Positions 16,644 to 24,357 of a DNA stretch of 55,576 nt are shown piece after piece (within the stretch, counting starts at the first letter, position 1; each line of letters opens with the position of its first letter). The translations under genes and the position numbers were made by a program. The DNA lies in the IMG/VR virus record IMGVR_UViG_3300025601_000022, positions 1-55,576 of that record; one strand, 5' to 3'. Source of the DNA: a virus. Taxonomy: Duplodnaviria > Caudoviricetes. A model generated the notes under the pieces. The model was given only the letters and a program-made list of their open reading frames with translations, did not search any database and was not told the origin of the DNA.

Positions 16644-16880
16644 CTAGGAGGTCTCACACTCCCACTCCAACGTCAAGCCCTCCATTAGTTGCATACCCTC
16701 TGAGACCCCGTTACACCAGCGGATAGCGGGGTAACTCTTGTCAAAGTGCTTCCACATGAATGGCTGACCCCAGTTGTTCCCGTACCCCTTACGCTCACCG
16801 TTAGCATCTATCTCCCATGCGTATCGTCCACTATTCGCAACGGCCTCTTCCCATGTAACGGGCTTAAGATTTTGACTCAT
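16644..16880 (-). CDS. hypothetical protein (78 aa, cassette 4)
   Basis: Promoter TTGCAT-17-TACTGT (16952-16924); ATAGGGGA RBS. Confidence 0.7.
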   Translation of the reverse strand: MSQNLKPVTWEEAVANSGRYAWEIDANGERKGYGNNWGQPFMWKHFDKSYPAIRWCNGVSEGMQLMEGLTLEWECETS

Positions 16881-16984
16881 TTGATATTCCCCTATCTGTG
16901 CGCCCCGAGTTGGGCATAGCCTGACAGTACAGCAAAGTGCAGGGTAATGCAATACCTACGCGGAATTAGTTTCGGCGTGTCTAC

Positions 16985-17091
16985 TCGCGCTCACGAGCTC
17001 ACGCCTACGCGCTCACGCGCTCACGCCTACGCGCTCACGCGCTCACGCGCTCACGCTCACGCCTACGCGCCTACGCGCCTACGGCTCACGC
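16985..17091. repeat. tandem repeat of CGCTCACG / CGCCTACG units
   Basis: About 13 imperfect 6-8 bp units, intergenic. Confidence 0.9.
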
Positions 17092-17135
17092 AAAAGCCCC
17101 CCACCCGTGAGGGTGAGGGGCGCTAGGCAAGAGGA

Positions 17136-17630
17136 CTACACGCGCCCCCCACATACGGGGCCAATACCGGCAGCCACGCTAACGGGATTAGTTAGCATGG
17201 CAGCGCATACGCAACAAAAACCGAACTCCACGCCCCACGCCTTAGCCTCGGCCAATGTCATACGATCCTCGGCGGTGAGTGTGCGAATAGCACCGGCAGC
17301 GTAAACAAATTGAGCGTTACCTTCAGCCAACATATCGAGACGCTTCGCGTATAGGTTGCCAGACTCGCGTGACTTGACCACACGGAATATGTCCCCGTTC
17401 ACGCGGTACATACCCACTTCGAGAGGCGCGGTCGGCGCGACAACGATCTTAGGCGCTTGCAATAACAGATTAATGCTACGCGAGGCCAGATCCTTATCTA
17501 GTGTTCCAGACTCAATGCGCGACAGTAGTGCTACGCGAATTTCGGCCAACTCGGTGCGTGTGTTGAGTAGGTGCGTAAGGTATGAAACTTGACGCTCTGT
17601 GGCGGGTGAGATTGTCGCGGTCATGGTCAT
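17136..17630 (-). CDS. DUF6011-domain protein (cassette 3)
   Basis: C-terminal CCVC..LTNPxS..GIGPVC; N-terminal ATxRQ..YL; promoter TTGACA-17-AATACT (17700-17672). Confidence 0.8.
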   Translation of the reverse strand: MTMTATISPATERQVSYLTHLLNTRTELAEIRVALLSRIESGTLDKDLASRSINLLLQAPKIVVAPTAPLEVGMYRVNGDIFRVVKSRESGNLYAKRLDMLAEGNAQFVYAAGAIRTLTAEDRMTLAEAKAWGVEFGFCCVCAAMLTNPVSVAAGIGPVCGGRV

Positions 17631-17794
17631 GATGTCCCCTTTTTTTGTGGAGCCCCTTGCTCCATGTCTTAAGTATTACATAGTACTGAAAGTATGTCAA
17701 GTCCAAACGGATAGTTATTTATTTCAGCGTGTCGCGCGCTTGCGGATATGAAAGAGCCCCCCACCTTGCGGTAGGGGGCTCTCAAAGTCTTGAC

Positions 17795-17989
17795 CTAAAC
17801 CGCGTGGCGCGTATAGGTTCGACGTTCGGGAGTGTCCCAGACGATATAGTCATGATCAAGGTGTCCACAATTGGAGCACCACGCTAGGCCACCCTTGATG
17901 ACACCGATTGAAACTATGCGCTCGAATGACTCTGCGCGTTCGGCAACATCACAGTGGAGCAATACGGTTGCTCTGATTTTCTTTGACAT
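17795..17989 (-). CDS. small Cys/His protein (cassette 2)
   Basis: Promoter TTGACA-17-AATACT (18065-18037); GAGGGGA RBS. Confidence 0.7.
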   Translation of the reverse strand: MSKKIRATVLLHCDVAERAESFERIVSIGVIKGGLAWCSNCGHLDHDYIVWDTPERRTYTRHAV

Positions 17990-18115
17990 GGGATCCCCTC
18001 TCAGGAGATGTATGGAGCCCCTTGCTCCATGTCTTAAGTATTACATAGTGCGGTTATATTGTCAAGTGGAAGAGCCCCCCACCTTGCGGTAGGGGGCTCT
18101 GTTGGAGATTAGGGG

Positions 18116-18367
18116 TTATCTCCCCTCATCTAAGAATGTAATGTGCGGGTATGTGAGTGCGGTAGTTGGAGTTGGATCGCTCGTTACTTGGAGATATACC
18201 GCGCTGACCTTGGCTTGATCACATGTTGCGAGTAGCGCGGTGAGTTTGCGGTCTCCGTAGGTTGCGTTGAACTCACCAGACCAGGTGAACCCATCTGTGA
18301 AAGTAATGACTACACCAGAGATGCGGTCTCCTAATAAAGCCTTGCGATCTGCTAATACGGTATTCAT
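18116..18367 (-). CDS. hypothetical protein (83 aa, cassette 1)
   Basis: Promoter TTGACA-17-TATTCT (18436-18408); ATAGGGGA RBS. Confidence 0.7.
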   Translation of the reverse strand: MNTVLADRKALLGDRISGVVITFTDGFTWSGEFNATYGDRKLTALLATCDQAKVSAVYLQVTSDPTPTTALTYPHITFLDEGR

Positions 18368-18417
18368 GATATCCCCTATCTTTTGCCGCCCCTTGCGACA
18401 TGACATAAGAATATACT

Positions 18418-18667
18418 ATGCGGATGCGGTTGTCAATTCTAGATGAATTAAAGCATTTATGTATACAAGAATATATTATTTCATGCGGATGCGGTTAATG
18501 TTTGGGGGGCTAGTCCTGCCCAATTGCCTGCCATGAGATGCGGATGCGGTTAATGGATTGGCTTAGCCATAGGTCATAGGCCATAGGCACTAGGCCATAA
18601 GAGGGATGCGGTCAATGTAGGCGCGTTGCCTTAGGTAACTACATGTCAGGGTCATGCGGATGCGGTG
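18418..18667. repeat. ATGCGGATGCGGT direct repeats spaced about 55-65 bp apart
   Basis: Copies near 18418, 18483, 18538, 18604 (partial) and 18654. Confidence 0.85.
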
Positions 18668-18694
18668 AGTCGGTTATGGACGGCTAGGGGGCTG

Positions 18695-19160
18695 CCCCCC
18701 ACCCCCTAGTAGTAGGTAGTAGGTAGTAGGTAGTAGGCCAGATGGGTCAGATGTAGGTATGTATGTATGTATGTATGTATGTATGTATGTATGTATGTAT
18801 GTCAGATGTATGTATGTTTGATGTATATCTGTCAGATGTATGTATGTTTGATGTATATACATAATTTGATGTCTGTCAGTTTGTTTGTCAATTTGTCAAT
18901 GTCTATCTGTCAATGTCTATCTGTCAATGTCTGTCAGTTTGTTTGTCAGTTTGTTTGTCAGTTTGTTTGATGTCTGTCAATGTCTGTCAGTTTGTTTGAT
19001 GTCTGTCAGTTTGATGTCTGTCAGTTTGATGTCTCTCATTTGATTGTCAGATGATTGTCAGATGATTGTCTGTCAGTTTGTTTGTCTGTCAGTTTGTTTG
19101 ATGTCTGTCAATCTGTTAGTGCTCATTTGTTTGCCTGCCAATTTGCCTGTCAATTTGTGA
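18695..19160. repeat. low-complexity array: C-run, (AGTAGGT)n, (ATGT)n and about 20 co-oriented TGTCA(A/G) units
   Basis: Directly visible; non-coding; strongly T/G-biased on the + strand. Confidence 0.95.
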
Positions 19161-19531
19161 TCACATAATTTAACGGTCATCGGTTGATCGGTTGTCTCAG
19201 AGATATTTCATGGTCGGATAGGCATGTTGTCTCAGACGCCAAAGATTTCGGATCCGTCCGGATTTCGGACGAAAGTTTAGGAAACGTTTTTGGAGAGTGC
19301 CCAATGTACCCGGAGCCAACTCAGCAACCAAATTCAAATAAAGTTAATGTTCATACTTTCTCCTCTTCGTCCAATAAAGTAGCCACCCCCACCCCCCTCT
19401 AAAAAACGCTTCGTAATTTTGGAAAAATTTTTAAAAAACTTAAACGTTTAAGCTTCACACTTTCAACAATCGTACAAGATCTGTCCGACTTTAGTGCTGT
19501 ACGTTAATTAAAAATACGGTAGAGTGCTTTT

Positions 19532-20050
19532 ATGCGTTTCGACTCCCATTTGCCTCAAGATGAGGTCCGTTTTCTTGAGGCTCTTCCCATCCCCGAGATG
19601 CACTCTCGTCTTGCGGCATTGCATCATAACGGTTGGTCTTTTGCAGCCCTTGGGCGTTCACTAAACCCTGAGAAAGCAAAGACTACAGTCCATTACTGGG
19701 TTCGTAATGCTCCTACCCCCACCCCTCAGCGCAGGGCCATTCCTCAAGCGCCGAATCATTCGCTCTTTCATGCAGTTCCTACCCTACGCACTCCTCAAGC
19801 GCGCTCGATTGCACCTAAAGTACCGCCAGATCTGCGCCCTCACCTGCGAGAACTCGCACAATTATCCCGTAGATACCGAGCGCGAACCCCAGGTAACTCG
19901 GTTACCGCTCAGGCGAACCAAGAACTCACCCGTTTAGCTGTTCAGTTGCACTCTTACGGGGTACCTACCTCCGATATTGCAGCGGCAGCGGGTATTACCT
20001 ATCGAGCGGTAGCACGGCGCATCTCACTTCACGCTAAAAAGGACAAATAA
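19532..20050 (+). CDS. dual helix-turn-helix protein, paralog-like to 12722-13297, leaderless
   Basis: NGWSFAALGRSL HTH, Pro linker, LRELAQL helix, GVPTSDIAAAAGITYRAVARRI HTH; TAGAGT 6 nt before the ATG. Confidence 0.75.
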   Translation: MRFDSHLPQDEVRFLEALPIPEMHSRLAALHHNGWSFAALGRSLNPEKAKTTVHYWVRNAPTPTPQRRAIPQAPNHSLFHAVPTLRTPQARSIAPKVPPDLRPHLRELAQLSRRYRARTPGNSVTAQANQELTRLAVQLHSYGVPTSDIAAAAGITYRAVARRISLHAKKDK

Positions 20051-20394
20051 TGACTCCCAAGCGGCAATATCGTACCGAATCTGGTACTTTTGAGGCATCT
20101 GAGCTTGCTATTCTGGTCTGGATGAACCCCGACCGCGACAATAAGCCACAATCGAGGCTACTTATGACGCTTACTGATCGTTTGAGCCCTCATCCGATGG
20201 CATTTCCACTAAAAACCTTGCAAAATACCCCTGAATTCGCATCCTGCCCCCTTGCAACCCCCGAAACGCTCGCAGATCTGCTTGTCGCTTCTACTCCAAC
20301 AACTCCAATCATCATTTTACTACCTATTGCACAGGATCAACTCGGGTGGACTGACTTTTATATCCCTACAAAATACACGGATGCCCCTAAATGA
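20050..20394 (+). CDS. hypothetical protein
   Basis: TAATG coupling; AAGGA RBS. Confidence 0.7.
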   Translation: MTPKRQYRTESGTFEASELAILVWMNPDRDNKPQSRLLMTLTDRLSPHPMAFPLKTLQNTPEFASCPLATPETLADLLVASTPTTPIIILLPIAQDQLGWTDFYIPTKYTDAPK

Positions 20395-20756
20395 TCAAAA
20401 AACTAGACCTTTTTCCTGCGGTTATCCTTGTAGCACCCCCCGAATCGCTGTCTGACTACACAAAATTGATCTTTTTTCAAGATAAACCCAAAGAAACGCG
20501 CAGAGTAGACAGATGCAGGGTATCTATTCTAAACTCAACAATATATGTTGTAGTAGACACTCCTGAAGGATTTAGCATCATTTTTAAGGAAAAACTGGCT
20601 GATTACAACAAATCAGACGCCCAACACAACGCAATCACCGTTTCTGGGAAGATTCTTGCTTTTCGCAAGGACGAAAACTGCGGCTGCGGTTCACGATTGC
20701 GGAGCTGGTCTCCATTTGGAAAACAAGTTACATCTAATAACGACCCACAGGAGTAG
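20391..20756 (+). CDS. hypothetical protein with a CGCGSxL motif
   Basis: ATGA overlap; lies upstream of the portal. Confidence 0.7.
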   Translation: MIKKLDLFPAVILVAPPESLSDYTKLIFFQDKPKETRRVDRCRVSILNSTIYVVVDTPEGFSIIFKEKLADYNKSDAQHNAITVSGKILAFRKDENCGCGSRLRSWSPFGKQVTSNNDPQE

Positions 20757-20761
20757 ACACT

Positions 20762-21043
20762 ATGCAAAGTCTTATCACGAGCGCACTTGCCACATATCGA
20801 CTGACTCGTCTCATCACTACCGATGAAATTACAGCACCAATCCGCGACCGTATCTGGGAAACGCACCCCCCAGAGACATCCCGTCTCGGGTATCTCATTA
20901 CGTGCGACTGGTGTAGCAGCGTTTATGCGGCATCAGCACTTCAATTATCCCGTATGATTGCGCCTAGAACAACTACCGCTGTCGAGATGGTTCTAGCTCT
21001 CTCTGCAGCGGCAGCACTACTAGCCGCACATTCGGACAGCTGA
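20762..21043 (+). CDS. DUF1360-family membrane protein
   Basis: LAxYRLTRLITxDEITxPxR...YLITCxWCxSV. Confidence 0.85.
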   Translation: MQSLITSALATYRLTRLITTDEITAPIRDRIWETHPPETSRLGYLITCDWCSSVYAASALQLSRMIAPRTTTAVEMVLALSAAAALLAAHSDS

Positions 21044-21077
21044 CCGTATGTACCGCAACCGTATGACAGGAGTGTAA

Positions 21078-22838
21078 GTGGGCATTTTTAGTAGGGACTC
21101 TAATGAACCATCTACTAGCAAAGAACTTCTTCCGTCAACATTCCTTTCCCCTGGTGTAAATACAGCTAAGTCTGCACCCTACGGAGCTCCTCGCACGCTT
21201 ACGGCTGCTGCTGCTCAAGTAAAGATTAATGACAAGGGCGAGTTCGATCAATTCCGTATGCGTCGCTCTGCCGCCTCGAGCGCATGGCAATCTGAAGCCT
21301 GGGAATATTACGATGCTATTGGCGAAATCAAATACGCATTTAATCTTGTTGCATCCGTTGTCTCTCGCATTCGTATGTATGCCGCAGTTGTTGAAGATCC
21401 AGCGGAGGCTCCATCTCCTGTATCTCGCTCCGAAAAAATTGATCAGCGTCTTGCTGCTGCTGCCGAACGTGCACTAGAACGTTTAGATTCTGCTTACGGA
21501 GGTCAAGCGGGCCTACTTAAAGACGCAGCTCTTAATCTTTCTGTCACTGGAGAGTGCTATCTGGTTCAGATGCCCGCACGCATCGGGACAGGACTTCCTG
21601 AGAGCTGGGACATCAGATCTACAGATGAACTGATGACAGATGCTCGAGGTAATTTTATTGTTGTAGGCCGACGTGAACAAGCACCCGGAGGTAACTCAGG
21701 CTCCGCTTCTTCCGCGATGGGAAGCCCAATATCGCTAGGCGAAAGATCTTTCGTCGGGCGTATCTGGCGTTCACATCCTCGCTACTCAGATGAAGCCGAT
21801 TCGAGTTTGCGTGGTCTATTAGACATGTGTGCGGAATTACTTTTGCTTAACCGTACCTTCCGCGCCACTGCTCGTAGCCGTCTTAATGCCGGTGCGCTTT
21901 ATCTCCCTGACGGTCTTTCTGTCGCTGCTCAAGGTGATGGAGATTTCCCTCTGGACTCTGACGTTGACGTTGACCCCTCTGCCTTTACTGCTGAAGAAGC
22001 AGAAGACGAGTTTGAAGAACAACTTATTGATGCAATGACTACACCTATTAGAGATGAGGAATCCGCTAGTGCCGTTGTGCCGCTTATCATCCGAGGCCCT
22101 GCAGAACTTGGGGACGCTATCAAGCAGTTTAAATTTGAAAGATCGTTCGACCCAGCTCTTGCACAGCGTGCTGATCGCGTCCTCGAACGTATTCTTCAGG
22201 GTCTTGATGTACCGAAAGATGTAATAACAGGTCTTGCTAACGTCAAATACTCAAACGCCGTACAAATTGACGAGTCTCTTTACAAGGCGCACATCGAACC
22301 ACTCATGCTGCTTCTTGTTGACTCGTTCACAGTTGTCTACCTTCGACCATACTTAATTGCGAACGGATTTTCCGCAGAAGATGTCAGTAAGGTTGTTGTT
22401 TGGTTTGATCCTTCACAGGTGTCTACTCGCAATGACCGCGCTGCTGATGCAGATTCAGGTTTTGATCGTAATGCTATTTCTTACAGTTCCTGGAGACGCG
22501 CACACGGATTCTCTGAAGCAGATGCACCTGAAGGTACCGAAATTGCGCTTCGCATGATGATTGAGCGTGGACAAATTCTTCCAGAAACTGTAGAAGCCAT
22601 GCTCGGGTCTATTGCCCCTGAGATAATGAACTCCGTACGTGAGGCACAACAGGCATCCAGTATTGCTCCTGTCCCACCTGAGGTGCAGCAAGCCCTTGCA
22701 AACGCAACTGAAACTCCAGATGGTGAGCCTGCATCAGAAACTCCGGATGATTCCCCCGCCGAAGCAGCACCCCCCGCAGGACCGGAAGCAACCCAACCGA
22801 CTGAGACCCCCGCCGGTCTTTTTGAGCCAGGACAGTAG
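21078..22838 (+). CDS. portal protein
   Basis: WQxEAWEYYD..GE, LSVTGECYL, WRxHPR..xADS and GLDVP..xTGL..xYSNA motifs typical of actinophage (cluster B-like) portals; position in the module. Confidence 0.9.
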   Translation: MGIFSRDSNEPSTSKELLPSTFLSPGVNTAKSAPYGAPRTLTAAAAQVKINDKGEFDQFRMRRSAASSAWQSEAWEYYDAIGEIKYAFNLVASVVSRIRMYAAVVEDPAEAPSPVSRSEKIDQRLAAAAERALERLDSAYGGQAGLLKDAALNLSVTGECYLVQMPARIGTGLPESWDIRSTDELMTDARGNFIVVGRREQAPGGNSGSASSAMGSPISLGERSFVGRIWRSHPRYSDEADSSLRGLLDMCAELLLLNRTFRATARSRLNAGALYLPDGLSVAAQGDGDFPLDSDVDVDPSAFTAEEAEDEFEEQLIDAMTTPIRDEESASAVVPLIIRGPAELGDAIKQFKFERSFDPALAQRADRVLERILQGLDVPKDVITGLANVKYSNAVQIDESLYKAHIEPLMLLLVDSFTVVYLRPYLIANGFSAEDVSKVVVWFDPSQVSTRNDRAADADSGFDRNAISYSSWRRAHGFSEADAPEGTEIALRMMIERGQILPETVEAMLGSIAPEIMNSVREAQQASSIAPVPPEVQQALANATETPDGEPASETPDDSPAEAAPPAGPEATQPTETPAGLFEPGQ

Positions 22839-22849
22839 AAAGAAATAAC

Positions 22850-23311
22850 ATGACAGTAAATAAGCCGGAGCTAGTTAATATCCTCGCTACTCTACTTAGC
22901 GATTATGTTGTCATTAAGTATGTCTTCCACGGCGCGCATTGGAATGTCGTAGGACAAGACTTCTCTCAGTATCACGAAATGTTTGCTACGTTCTATGAGG
23001 ATGCAGAAGAAGCAATTGATATTATTGGTGAAGATATTCGTAAACTTGGATCCCCTACCCCCGCTTCGCTCTCTGACTTCCTACGACTTACTACCATTCC
23101 AGAGGTACCTAGCGGAGCCTCCGTACAAGAACTTCTTAAGTCCTGCTACGAGGCTAACGAGCTCATCCTTTCTGACATTAATGATGCTTTTGCTCAAGCA
23201 AATTCGGACAACGAGCAGGGAATTGCTGATGACCTTGCAGCCAGAGATTCAGCGCATAAAAAGTTTCGCTGGATGATGAAGGCTTCTCTTGATCCAAAGT
23301 ACGGATACTAA
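22850..23311 (+). CDS. dps: Dps-family ferritin-like protein
   Basis: HWNVVGxDFxxYHEMF...DxIxExIRxLG ferroxidase signature; KxRWMM near the C-terminus. Confidence 0.9.
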   Translation: MTVNKPELVNILATLLSDYVVIKYVFHGAHWNVVGQDFSQYHEMFATFYEDAEEAIDIIGEDIRKLGSPTPASLSDFLRLTTIPEVPSGASVQELLKSCYEANELILSDINDAFAQANSDNEQGIADDLAARDSAHKKFRWMMKASLDPKYGY

Positions 23312-23313
23312 AT

Positions 23314-24357
23314 ATGACAACACAATCGTCAAAGAACTGGGTACAAGTAAAGGTAGTGCAAGAATATTTGCCTTCCGAGACTTTGGTGTCTCCCGATACG
23401 ATTGTTGCTGCTGCAAGCGAGCCTGCTCCTAAAGAAGATCAGATCAAGGGCTCAGACACAAATAAAAAAGACTCTGCTAGTGGCGAAGGAAAGATTTCTT
23501 TTGGAGCTCGTACCGAGACTGCTATCAAAAACAAAGTAGAAGAACACAATAAAAAGGCTCCTAAGGGACGTAAAGCTACTCTTTCTATGCTTAAAGCGGT
23601 TTATCGCAGGGGGGCTGGAGCATTCTCTACCAGTCACCGACCAGGAATGTCCAGAGACCAGTGGGCTATGGCGCGCGTTAACGCCTATTTAAAGCTTCTT
23701 AAGTCTGGTAAGCCATCAAACTCTGCGTACACAACTGATAACGATCTTTTACCTGCATCACACCCCAAGAGCAGCAAGAAGTCCAATTCAGCGCTTACCG
23801 CCAGCGGATTGGTACCTGAAGAGCGTGATTTAGCAGATGCAATTCTTTCTGTAGTAGAAAAGCACGGAAAGTTTAACGAAGACGCTACAGGAGTCTGGGC
23901 CGGATATACTCCTGCCGATAAAAATACAGATGCAGGCATCGGGGTTATTTGCGCCAACTGCGTGTTTTATCAAGGTGGAGCAGATTGCGCAATCATTAGT
24001 CTCCCTGTCGAGCCCAATGGGAAGTGCCGACTAGCGATTCTACCTGACGGAGTCGTAACTGCAAAAAAGAATACTCAGGACATAGAGCTAGAACTAGTTT
24101 CTTTTACAGCCGAAAATGAACTTGCTCTTAACGATTTAAAAGAAAATACATTTTCTACTGCTCAAGGTGCAATTACGTATCTTACAGAACTTTCCGGTCT
24201 CGGATACGAAGCCGAGTATGCAATAAAAGCTTCCTGGATGCGAGCAGTAAAAGAAAGTCAAGATCCATATTTACGTGCACGAGAGCTGGCAATTACTACG
24301 TATAATAGTCAAGATGCAGATTTGCTCCCTAAGAAAACAGAAAGTGCGGAACTGTGA
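23314..24357 (+). CDS. multidomain head-associated protein with a HiPIP-like Cys cluster
   Basis: LKAVYRRGAGAFSTSHRPG..QWAMARVNA domain; CANCxFY..C..VxxNGxC at 23950-24027. Confidence 0.75.
   Translation: MTTQSSKNWVQVKVVQEYLPSETLVSPDTIVAAASEPAPKEDQIKGSDTNKKDSASGEGKISFGARTETAIKNKVEEHNKKAPKGRKATLSMLKAVYRRGAGAFSTSHRPGMSRDQWAMARVNAYLKLLKSGKPSNSAYTTDNDLLPASHPKSSKKSNSALTASGLVPEERDLADAILSVVEKHGKFNEDATGVWAGYTPADKNTDAGIGVICANCVFYQGGADCAIISLPVEPNGKCRLAILPDGVVTAKKNTQDIELELVSFTAENELALNDLKENTFSTAQGAITYLTELSGLGYEAEYAIKASWMRAVKESQDPYLRARELAITTYNSQDADLLPKKTESAEL

Larger units (their letters stand above)
16607..18100 (-). terminator. repeated terminator hairpin (AGCCCCCCACCTTGCGGT(A/GA)GGGGCT type), 4 copies
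   Basis: At 16607-16632, 17096-17121 (variant), 17753-17782 and 18071-18100. The minus-strand loop is GCAA in three copies. Confidence 0.8.

Noticed and set aside
18674-18970. ORFs MYVCMYVC... and MYIHQTYIH...
   Set aside because: These are translation artefacts of simple repeats.
19532-21043. Terminase genes upstream of the portal
   Set aside because: None of these ORFs has ATPase or nuclease motifs or a suitable size. The large terminase must lie outside the window.
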